From the IMG/VR virus record IMGVR_UViG_3300022719_000071, positions 192,001 to 256,000 of that record: a stretch of DNA of 64,000 nt. One strand, written 5' to 3'. Shown here in pieces: positions 40,219 through 48,690 of this stretch (positions are counted from its first letter, which is position 1; each line of letters opens with the position of its first letter). The notes under the pieces were generated by a model. The model did no database searches. It worked only from the letters and a program-made list of their open reading frames with translations, and was not told the origin of the DNA. The position numbers were made by a program, and so were the translations under genes. This DNA is from a virus. Taxonomy: Duplodnaviria; Caudoviricetes.

Positions 40219-40806
40219 ATGGCACTTGACTTTGAAACCCTAAGAGACGCTTGGAATAAGCTTCGCAAAGACCGTGAGCAAGACTTGAAGAAAGTTGTGC
40301 CCGACCTTAGCGATCCCCAAGAAATCTTCTTAAAGAGAATATCGGAGGATGATTCACGCATTGTCGTGCAGTTTGCAGGACTAAGGCGTTCTGTTCAAAA
40401 TCAGTATTCCATCCCACAGATCAAACGTTTGATCATGACATGGCTACGAAACTTCAGTCTCGATGCACAGCAGGCTCGAAGTGATACCGATAGCCTCATC
40501 GCAAGTATATCTAAAGAACTGAAGTTTGGGGAGGCTGCAATCAGTGTCTTCAAGCGAAATCCCAAGACCAACAAGAAGCAAACAGCTTACCGTTGCATCG
40601 GTGGCAAGAAAGATGGTCGTCGTGTCTCCAATCCGAATGCTTGTATCGGTGTCCCAGACCCTGGTAAAAAAATTAAGCTTGCTATAACCAAGCGTAGTAA
40701 ATATGGACAAGCAGCTAAATCGAAGAAGAAGACACAGTTAACCAACATCACGGCTAAGCGGATCCGCAAGGCCAACAGTCGCTTAAAGAAAGCAAGAGGA
40801 TTCTAA
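40219..40806 (+). CDS. Basic prohead-core-like protein (gp68-like C-terminus)
   Basis: YRCIGGKKDGRRVSNP.AC followed by a K/R-rich tail; TAAATA at 40188. Confidence 0.5.
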   Translation: MALDFETLRDAWNKLRKDREQDLKKVVPDLSDPQEIFLKRISEDDSRIVVQFAGLRRSVQNQYSIPQIKRLIMTWLRNFSLDAQQARSDTDSLIASISKELKFGEAAISVFKRNPKTNKKQTAYRCIGGKKDGRRVSNPNACIGVPDPGKKIKLAITKRSKYGQAAKSKKKTQLTNITAKRIRKANSRLKKARGF

Positions 40807-40808
40807 AG

Positions 40809-41594
40809 ATGGCAGGGTATGAAAACACAGGAAAGAGCGCTGACGAGGCATATCAGGTAGAACAGAAGGCTGGTGGAGATTTCGCTATTGATCCAGCACA
40901 GCTAAGGGCTAGGGCTATGTCCCGTACAGCATCATTGGATGGTGCTGCTGCTGATAGCTATGCAATGGAGCAAGCTGATAACGAGGATGCTCGTAAGGCG
41001 TATCGTGCTATCGCAGAGACTGGTGGACTGTCTATGGCTGATTTGATGGAAGGCTTGAGCCCTAATGACTTTCGTGATGGCGAACAGCCTATGAGTCGTC
41101 AGGAAATGGCTAGGTTGGCTAGAATTCTAGACCAGGGTTTGAATGATGGTGCACAGCGTGTTGCTCGCAACATGGTACAAGATGCATTTACTGAGGACTT
41201 TCCTGATGAAGCATCTATGATGGCTGAGTCATATAGCGGTCATACTCAGGAGGGAAATGGAGACTGGATTACTGAGCAGCGTGCAGCAAAGCTACGTAGT
41301 GGCAAGGTTGTACCAGTATGGATCGTGGTAAATGAGACCACCGGAATGAAGATTGAAAAGCCATTCCGTGTGCAGGCTCCAGCAGAAAGAATTGCGACTG
41401 TTTTGAACATCACTGGTAATGTAAATGATCCCCGTATTCGCCAAATTCAAGAAGATTACGATGAACATGTTAATCTGATGAAGAACATCAGAAAGTGCCG
41501 ACAGTTCATTTCTGAGGGACAGACAGAATACAAGCGCCAACTCTCCACACTTCAGATGAAGTTGGAGGGGGTGAACGCTAAGCTGGGTATCTGA
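40809..41594 (+). CDS. Hypothetical head-associated protein
   Basis: 261-aa ORF in the late operon with a C-terminal coiled coil. Confidence 0.6.
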   Translation: MAGYENTGKSADEAYQVEQKAGGDFAIDPAQLRARAMSRTASLDGAAADSYAMEQADNEDARKAYRAIAETGGLSMADLMEGLSPNDFRDGEQPMSRQEMARLARILDQGLNDGAQRVARNMVQDAFTEDFPDEASMMAESYSGHTQEGNGDWITEQRAAKLRSGKVVPVWIVVNETTGMKIEKPFRVQAPAERIATVLNITGNVNDPRIRQIQEDYDEHVNLMKNIRKCRQFISEGQTEYKRQLSTLQMKLEGVNAKLGI

Positions 41595-41635
41595 TAAATA
41601 ACAAATACAACACGTGATTAGGAGTTGACTGTCCC

Positions 41636-42772
41636 ATGGCGCTCGAATACCTGAATGATACACCACAAAGAGCCTACCGTAAACTAGAGCGTGATTTGCT
41701 ATTGCAAGATCCACAGCTTAACATGCGTCGGTTCAAGAACATGACCCCACGCAGTTTGAGCACAGTCATCGAGTCTCTGGACTCTGAGATGAAGGGTATT
41801 ATCAGCGAGGCGAAGTATGGTTCTTGGTTGACTGATGATGAGTACGTTCAGAAGAAGTTACTACGTGATGCATTGGATTGCTTGCGTGAGTACAAAGAAG
41901 CCCGCCGTAATTCAGAGAAGGTAGTTCCTGGTTTCACTTACTACCGCCGTGTAAAGCAGTTCGGTCCTATGATTGAGGGTGAGCGCTGCTATGTGCGTGA
42001 AAGTTCTCCTCCCTTATGGGCACAATTCAGGATGCCGTTGGCTATCGCCAAGGCTTTTGAAGTGATGCGTCATGGTGATGGAAACGATTTCAAAAAGATT
42101 TACGTTGAGATGGCCAACGGTCGTTTGAACGCTTTGAATGATGTTGCTATTGAGCACTTGACCGAATCAAGTGATGATGCTCTAGCAGACATCGAACAGT
42201 ATTGTAACGAGCGTTGGGAAGGTCCATGGCCTTGGGAGACTCCAACCCCTTACGCATTGCGTGAAAGCATAGAGGATAGATTAGAAATGACTAACAAGAG
42301 CATTCAGCAGATGCAAGCAGACTTCGGAAGTCTAATCGTCAAGTTGAACGAAGACGAAATGGATAAGTATGAGGTTATCGCATCCGCCGAGGAGATGTCC
42401 AAAAAGATCGAAAACATGGTGCAAGATATCGCTCGTTTGGCTGGTGAGGGAATCATTAAGCTGAAGGATCAGATTCGTGTGACCATGGGTGACGAGCAAG
42501 CTGAACAAATCGAAGATACTTTCGTTGAGCCAGTTCGTGGTGCAGCCGATGCTCTTTCGAAGCTACGTGCAACCATCGACCAATTCGCTGAGGGTCTGAA
42601 GTCCGGAGACGTATCTAGTGGTGCCGAGATGGGCGGCATGGGCGATGAGCTTGGGGGTGACGATCTTGGTGGTGATTTGGGTGGAGACCTTGGTGGTAAT
42701 GAGCTTGCAGGTGACCTAGCTGACGCCAGCGTTGATGGTGAACCAGAAGAGCGTGCCATGAAGGACATGTAA
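41636..42772 (+). CDS. Probable prohead scaffold/core protein
   Basis: Coiled-coil protein with acidic GGDLGG-repeat tail; TAAATA at 41595, AGGAG RBS. Confidence 0.5.
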   Translation: MALEYLNDTPQRAYRKLERDLLLQDPQLNMRRFKNMTPRSLSTVIESLDSEMKGIISEAKYGSWLTDDEYVQKKLLRDALDCLREYKEARRNSEKVVPGFTYYRRVKQFGPMIEGERCYVRESSPPLWAQFRMPLAIAKAFEVMRHGDGNDFKKIYVEMANGRLNALNDVAIEHLTESSDDALADIEQYCNERWEGPWPWETPTPYALRESIEDRLEMTNKSIQQMQADFGSLIVKLNEDEMDKYEVIASAEEMSKKIENMVQDIARLAGEGIIKLKDQIRVTMGDEQAEQIEDTFVEPVRGAADALSKLRATIDQFAEGLKSGDVSSGAEMGGMGDELGGDDLGGDLGGDLGGNELAGDLADASVDGEPEERAMKDM

Positions 42773-42773
42773 A

Positions 42774-43175
42774 ATGCCACTACGTACTTTTGACGACGGT
42801 TTTTACCCAGCAAATAGAGCACGTGATATTGCAGTGGGCAATGGCTCCGCTGATAACGACGTGCTTTCCGAGATCAACTCTCTTCAGACGCTAGTTGATG
42901 CTGCTGCTCGTTCTGGAAACCTTGAGTTGGAAGTTGGCATCTCGGAAGGTAATGAGACCAAGTTTACCGACGCAACAACGGGTCCAATCTACCGTGAGGC
43001 TTTTGCAGGCACAGATGAGTCATTTGATGCTCTTTTCCCGACAGAGGATCCACGTCTCTACAGAATTCGTATGGAGCGTGTAATCGGTTATTTCACCCGT
43101 TTGGGGTACTCAGTGCGTCGTGAAGATCAAGTGGCTGCTAGCCCTACTACATTCAACTGGATTATTAGGTGGTAA
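42774..43175 (+). CDS. Hypothetical late protein
   Basis: 133-aa ORF directly after the scaffold-like gene. Confidence 0.65.
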   Translation: MPLRTFDDGFYPANRARDIAVGNGSADNDVLSEINSLQTLVDAAARSGNLELEVGISEGNETKFTDATTGPIYREAFAGTDESFDALFPTEDPRLYRIRMERVIGYFTRLGYSVRREDQVAASPTTFNWIIRW

Positions 43176-43197
43176 TGATGTTTGATTCAACTGATGT

Positions 43198-43533
43198 CTA
43201 AAGAGACTCATAAAATTCTACTATCTTTCTCATTTCATCTAAAGTAGCATTGTTTTTGAGACGATTGATTTTCCAACTAACAAACACTACATTATCTCTG
43301 GTATACCCCTTCGTGGAGTCAATCCTATCGATTGATAAACTGCTGTCAGATCGTTTCCCACGTTCTTGACGCAGGATAGTACCCGTGACAGGACACGTGA
43401 GAGGGACCGTCATACCCGAGATGTCTAAACGTGTGAGTTCGAACGGTATGCCAGCACGTTTCGCACGTGCCTTGGTGCGGGACCAAATGATTTCTACGTA
43501 GTCTTTGCTTAACATGTAGGTATGTATGAACAA
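43198..43533 (-). mobile_element. Small HNH-type endonuclease (alternative ATG start at 43515)
   Basis: CPVTG..L, SLSIDRIDSTKGYTRDNVVFVS..INRLKN beta-beta-alpha-Me motif. Confidence 0.75.
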
Positions 43534-44230
43534 GAGATTCCGGTACCGTGACCTTTCATATCCGACTTTGGAGAGCTATACTACGTCGAATGGGGAACGT
43601 GTTTACTATACTCCAATGGGTGCCGCTCCCTCTGTCACTACCATTATTAGTACCCTTCCCCACCCTGGTCTCGATGAGTGGCGGGAGAGAGTGGGAGAGG
43701 AGGAAGCAGATAGGGTATCGAAGGAAGCCGCAAGTATCGGCACGTGCATGCACGACATGCTGGAATCGTATGTTAGAGATGTTCAATACCCGGAAACGAA
43801 CACACCGGAAGAAGCCATAGCGAAGAAGATGTTCGCTGCGGTTCGTATGATGGGCCTCAGAGACCTTCAGGAGATTTGGGGCATCGAAGTGGCTCTGTAC
43901 TACGAAAACCTCTATGCTGGGCGTACAGACATCGTGGGGGTGTATTCTGGTAAGCCTTCCATCATTGATTACAAGACTTCCAAGTATTTCAAGAAGGACG
44001 AATGGATCGAGGACTACAAGCTTCAAACAGCCGCCTATGCAATTTGTCACGATGAGCTATTTCCGGACATTGAGCCAATAGAACAGTGTGTCCTCTTGCT
44101 TGGAACGAGACCAAATCCAGAGTATAGAGTGCCACCAAAGTGTCAACGGGTCATCATCGAGAAGGACGAGATGGAAGAGTACAAGGACAGGTGGCTTGGG
44201 GTATTGGAGGAATATCACGCTACACGGTAA
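43526..44230 (+). CDS. PD-(D/E)XK exonuclease (lambda-exo/Cas4-like fold)
   Basis: PSVTTII, GTCMH..LE, E..LY....YAGRTD, IIDYKTS, Q.AAYA. Confidence 0.85.
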   Translation: MNKRFRYRDLSYPTLESYTTSNGERVYYTPMGAAPSVTTIISTLPHPGLDEWRERVGEEEADRVSKEAASIGTCMHDMLESYVRDVQYPETNTPEEAIAKKMFAAVRMMGLRDLQEIWGIEVALYYENLYAGRTDIVGVYSGKPSIIDYKTSKYFKKDEWIEDYKLQTAAYAICHDELFPDIEPIEQCVLLLGTRPNPEYRVPPKCQRVIIEKDEMEEYKDRWLGVLEEYHATR

Positions 44231-44260
44231 ATACTTGTCGTCGAATAGCGAGATACCCGC

Positions 44261-44932
44261 ATGAAATTGTACGAAATCAAAGCTGCTAGTTTTGCCAAGC
44301 TCTTAGAGCAGGGCACAACTGATATCGAGAAGGATTTGGCGCAGACTGCTGGACAAATCAAGCGGGCGTCTGCTTTTGGTAAAGGCGATGAGACTGCCGC
44401 TGGTTCAGGGGCTGGTGATAACCTTGGTGCTGGAGATTTCGGACAGTTTCCAGATCCCGAGAAAGGTAAATCTCCGCTTCAACAGGATGAAGATGATCCT
44501 CTATCACCCGATGTTCCTCCTGGTGCGGAGCAGACGGATGATGAACAGGAAGAGCTATTGATGCAGAAGGTCGATAGCATCCTCATGTCCAAGACCAACA
44601 ATCATCCATATACCAAGGGTTACCAACACCAGGAAAACTCAAAGATTCACCCGTACAAGATCCTTGGTATGTCTATTGATGAACTTAATCAGCTACGTAC
44701 TATGTCTCGTAATAAAGCCAATCTGGAGACCTTCAATGGTGAGCTTGGAGTCTATGATAATCCTGATATGAAGTTCTTCCAAGATCTTGTATCGTTCGTT
44801 GATAAGGTAATCGAGATCAAGAAGGATTCGACCAAGGAATACAAGGACAACAGGGACGGCAAGACCGCAAAGTCCGACAAGAGAAGTGATTCCAAGATCA
44901 AGCCGGGTAAGGTCAAGAAGAAGGTCAAGTAA
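44261..44932 (+). CDS. Candidate head-internal protein (MKLYEIK leader)
   Basis: TAAATA at 44228 overlapping the upstream stop; acidic middle and Lys-rich tail. Confidence 0.55.
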   Translation: MKLYEIKAASFAKLLEQGTTDIEKDLAQTAGQIKRASAFGKGDETAAGSGAGDNLGAGDFGQFPDPEKGKSPLQQDEDDPLSPDVPPGAEQTDDEQEELLMQKVDSILMSKTNNHPYTKGYQHQENSKIHPYKILGMSIDELNQLRTMSRNKANLETFNGELGVYDNPDMKFFQDLVSFVDKVIEIKKDSTKEYKDNRDGKTAKSDKRSDSKIKPGKVKKKVK

Positions 44933-44933
44933 C

Positions 44934-45416
44934 ATGAGATGGCAACATCTACGTGAAGCCAAGCTACCTCGGCGTTGGCGTGGGAACGTAGGTAAGTCCA
45001 TCGGTGGTAGCATCTATGCCCATATTATGTATGCTGATGAAATCATTCCTGAAGAACTTCTGAACGAAGCCAAGAAACAGCTTGGTGACTTTCGCTACAA
45101 CATTGTAAAGTACACTCCAAAAACCGGGGTTATCACTTTCATTCAATCACCAGACTTCGATACCGCTGATGAACCAATGGTTGGACCCGCAATGCTGGTA
45201 AAGCCGGATGGAACCACTAGGTTGATGAACCCCTCTGGCGATCCATGGATCTATCATCATAAGTGGCTGTGGGTCAAAGATGATTACCCAGGATTTGATG
45301 TAGAAGAAGCCAAGCGCCGTTCTATGAAATGGATGTCATTGCCTAACATTGACTACTCCAGAATAGGTAAGAAGTCGTATTGGGAAAAGTTCGTAATACC
45401 AAGGATAGAGAAATGA
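44934..45416 (+). CDS. Stand-alone protein resembling a domain of DNA-phosphorothioation-associated putative methyltransferases
   Basis: PDFD..EP, DP.IYHHK..V.DDYPGF and RIG...W match the remembered pattern PDFD..P / P.ILHRKE.F..DYP / IG...W; not verified by search. Confidence 0.45.
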   Translation: MRWQHLREAKLPRRWRGNVGKSIGGSIYAHIMYADEIIPEELLNEAKKQLGDFRYNIVKYTPKTGVITFIQSPDFDTADEPMVGPAMLVKPDGTTRLMNPSGDPWIYHHKWLWVKDDYPGFDVEEAKRRSMKWMSLPNIDYSRIGKKSYWEKFVIPRIEK

Positions 45417-45772
45417 ACCTATTTCAATGTGGCGGATTCACTCTGAATTCAGGAATGCACAGCGTTCTGAAGATAGAATGTGATGCTCTTACCCGTGAGG
45501 ACTGGAAAACATTAGCTCATTTGGTGTCCGATAAAATCAAATTCAATTCCGTGGTTGGTGTTCCACGTGGTGGTTTGATTTTTGCTGAAGAACTTATGCC
45601 ATACTGTTCTGATAAAAAAGAGTTACCATGCCTAATCGTGGATGACGTTCTGACGACCGGGGGTTCTATGACAAGATTTCGTGATGAAATTAAAGAGCCT
45701 ACTATTGGCGTTGTGGCATTCGCCTGTGGGGCATGTCCAGCGTGGATCAAACCTATATTCCAGATGTGGTGA
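45413..45772 (+). CDS. Type I phosphoribosyltransferase (orotate PRT-like), compact
   Basis: F.LNSG....KIECDAL, GVPRGG, LIVDDVLTTGGSM PRPP-binding loop. Confidence 0.85.
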   Translation: MNLFQCGGFTLNSGMHSVLKIECDALTREDWKTLAHLVSDKIKFNSVVGVPRGGLIFAEELMPYCSDKKELPCLIVDDVLTTGGSMTRFRDEIKEPTIGVVAFACGACPAWIKPIFQMW

Positions 45773-45809
45773 CTTGAAAAAGTTGCTTTGAGTGCCCTAT
45801 CTTACGAAC

Positions 45810-46808
45810 ATGAAGTTTTGTATCATAGACGCTAGCAATCTTGTTCATAGAGCCAAACACGTTATATCAAAGTATGATTCCTTTGATGAGTGTGTAGGCT
45901 TGACGCTGACTATTGTCTTCAACTCGATGAAGAAATCCTACGAGAAGTTTGGTGCAGAGCATTGCGTAGCTTGTTTCGACTCTTCCTCCTGGCGTAAAGA
46001 AATCTACCCCGAGTACAAGGGAGACCGTGTAGCAAAAGAGAAGTCTCCTATCAAAAAGGAGGAAGATGAAATCATCTGGCAGGTGCTTAGTGATCTACGA
46101 AAGTTCCTGGATGAATTCACCAATGTCACCGTTCTACATGAGCGAGACATTGAGGCAGACGATTTCATTGCTCGATGGACTCAATTGCATGACGACGAAT
46201 CATTCGAGCACATTATCATTTCCGGTGATGGAGACTTCAAGCAACTAGTGCGACCCGGTGTAGAGTTGTATGATCCCATTCGTAACTTTCTGTATACTGC
46301 TGATGGTATATTCTATCAAGATGGAAAAAAGCCACGCAAAGAACAGCCAGTAGCACAGAAACACGGTGAAACTTGGAAAGTCAAGCTTACCAAAGATGGT
46401 GACCCGGAGACATTCGAACCAGAGTGGGAACTGTTTCAGCTTTGCATTCGTGGTAAGAAAAACAACTTACGAACCGCATATCCTCGTGTACGCACGAACA
46501 AGATGCGAGAAGCTTACGATGATCGTGGTGGCCCGAAGTGGAATGATTTCATTAATACTATTTGGGGTCCGGAAGATAATCGTCAACGAGTTCGTGATAG
46601 ATATGAAGAAAACCGGTTGTTGATCGATTTGCGACGACAGCCTGACGAAATCAAGTTCGTGATGGATGAAACCATCAATGCCTCTTTGGAGAAAGATGCC
46701 AAGACTATGGTGGGCGCATACTTCGCTCGTTTCTGTGGCAAATACAAGCTTCGGAAACTGGTCGATCAAGCGTCTGCCATTACCCAATTGCTATCTGCGC
46801 CCTATTGA
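45810..46808 (+). CDS. rnh: RNase H / 5'-3' flap exonuclease (T4 rnh-like)
   Basis: IIDASNL.HR, ACFD..SWRKEIYPEYKG.R, EADDFIA, ISGDGDFKQL; alternative GTG start at 45792. Confidence 0.88.
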   Translation: MKFCIIDASNLVHRAKHVISKYDSFDECVGLTLTIVFNSMKKSYEKFGAEHCVACFDSSSWRKEIYPEYKGDRVAKEKSPIKKEEDEIIWQVLSDLRKFLDEFTNVTVLHERDIEADDFIARWTQLHDDESFEHIIISGDGDFKQLVRPGVELYDPIRNFLYTADGIFYQDGKKPRKEQPVAQKHGETWKVKLTKDGDPETFEPEWELFQLCIRGKKNNLRTAYPRVRTNKMREAYDDRGGPKWNDFINTIWGPEDNRQRVRDRYEENRLLIDLRRQPDEIKFVMDETINASLEKDAKTMVGAYFARFCGKYKLRKLVDQASAITQLLSAPY

Positions 46809-46850
46809 TTCCCACGTCTCGATGTATATAATAGCGGTTCGTCAGGAGAG
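46805..46850 (+). promoter_or_regulatory. Sigma70-like promoter and strong RBS of the original topoisomerase 5' end
   Basis: TTGATT-N16-TATAAT (46805-46832) and AGGAGAG (46844-46850) before the ATG at 46859. Confidence 0.55.
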
Positions 46851-46858
46851 AACCGTTC

Positions 46859-47009
46859 ATGGCAAAGGTACAAGAAACATACAAGAAGCTGGATGATTAC
46901 CAGCATGCACGCCTTCGTACAGAAATGTACCTTGGATCTCGTGAACCTCACACAGTCCTTACCTCACTTTGACGGTGAGGTATTAGGTATGCGTGAGTTT
47001 ACCTGGGTA
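46859..47009 (+). pseudogene. Frameshifted relic of the topoisomerase large-subunit N-terminus
   Basis: MAKVQETYKKLDDYQHARLRTEMYLGSREPHT, then a 2-nt deletion, then HFDGEVLGMREFTWV; aligns to KKLNDYEHTRLRTELYFGSRELHTQNILHFDGKQLSLREFTWV at 48691. In-frame TGA at 46970. Confidence 0.88.
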
Positions 47010-47019
47010 TCGGCGGCTA

Positions 47020-48690
47020 TCACACAGCTACTTGCATCTCCGTATTGAAATTTAGAACCCACACGGAATTTCCGCAATCCCATATTCTATGGTATCCCCG
47101 TTGTTGCATGATTTCTCTTTCGGTTAAAGAAGAATCATAACCATCTTTGCACAGTTTATGTTTTTGATATTTGATACGAGATTCTCTATTCAGTGGGTAC
47201 GTTGATACGTACCAATAAGCAGGTTTGCTGTGATGACTTAATGTAAATCCCAAACTTTGATAAAGATCTCCATCAGACCATCTTCTATCTGCATAAGATA
47301 CAATAGAAGATCCTGGAAATTTTTTTGTAACTTGCGATAGTAGTTTCCCTGCGCTTCCGACAACGGATGTATTAATCTTATTACAAAATCGAATCATTTC
47401 CAGATCATACTTCTTTGAAAATCTTGGTTTACAAAATGTCATAACGGAAACCAATTCATCATTCTTCCATAGTCCATAATTGATTGACGACGGATGTTCT
47501 CCCTGTAGATGATTGTCGTTCATGAATTTAGCAGCTAGTGGGTATGATATGGATTCAACACGGCAGTTTCTAGCGAATACCTTATCTGTAGTTTGTTTTA
47601 GTAAATGACTAATTTTTGACTTTACTATAGAACTCTTGTATCTCCATTCGTCTTCAAATATTGTTAACAACCTGACGTTTTGTTTTTTACATTGAAGTAA
47701 CTTATCAATATGATAATTGCTATCACAGAATCCTTCGGAATGCCAATACAACCCACACACTTCCAAAGCTAAATTATGCTTAGGAACGAAAATATCTAAT
47801 TCCTTGGGAGCAATTATTCCTCGATTACTTCGCTGGATACTAACACCCAACTGTGTGATGAAATCACCTATTTCTAATTCTGGTTTGGAAATTAATGTTC
47901 GGCACCTGGGACAACCGACTCCACGAAGATTAGCATTTGGTATCTGCCAAAATGCACCGTGCACGGGACATACAATCACGCCCTTTTGCTTACTTCCAGT
48001 ATACACAAAACGGGAATAATCATACGTCGGGTGGATTTCACCCGCTTCCTCCACGAAGTCTTCAGTGCTTTTTAGTCTACCCTTTCTATCTACACATTTA
48101 GCGCATCCACTTCCGTTTTTGTGGTCATTGGCTATTTGCCAAAATACACCATGCTCGGGGCATACTATTTGTATTTTTTCGGATACACCCCTGTAGTTCA
48201 CTAACGAATAATCATATTTTCCATCATGAATATCCGCACATCTGGACAAGAATTCCTTTTCATGCAACAACAAAGATTTAGATGATTTTTGCAAACCACA
48301 TTTATTGCATCCTTTCCCGCTCAGATGAACATATGCACGTTGTTTGAATAACCCATGCGTTGGACACTTGATAATGACCATATCTCTCGATTTGGTATAA
48401 TCAACCAAGGAATAATCGTAAAACAGTCCATGTTTAGAACGTGCTCGCCTAATGAATTCGTCAGTGCTGAGCATTAGTGATTTTGTGGTGTTTTCTCTCC
48501 CACAGTCAGGACACCCCTGATTTCTATACAAATGATTCTTCGGAGTCTGCTTGAAACTTCCGTGCTTTTGGCATATAATAGATATCGGAATATTTTTCCC
48601 CATGTAATCAGAATTGGAATAATCATACTTCATGCCGTGCGTCTTTACCGCACGAACAATAAATTCTTCAGTAGTGAGATTTTTAGGCAT
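47020..48690 (-). mobile_element. Hef-like homing endonuclease, third copy, inserted in the topoisomerase 5' region
   Basis: Four DUF723-like Zn repeats, ELDIFVPKHNLALEVCGLYWH, LTIFEDEW, YADRRWSDG.LY, IWDCGN; strongly AT-rich. Confidence 0.82.

Noticed and set aside
43526-44230. Cas4-like exonuclease as part of a CRISPR system
   Set aside because: It lacks the Fe-S cysteine cluster and any cas context; it fits the common phage PD-(D/E)XK exonuclease.
47010-48690. Group I intron interrupting topoisomerase
   Set aside because: The interval is entirely filled by an antisense ORF with no room for a ribozyme core; the upstream 'exon' is frameshifted and duplicated downstream.
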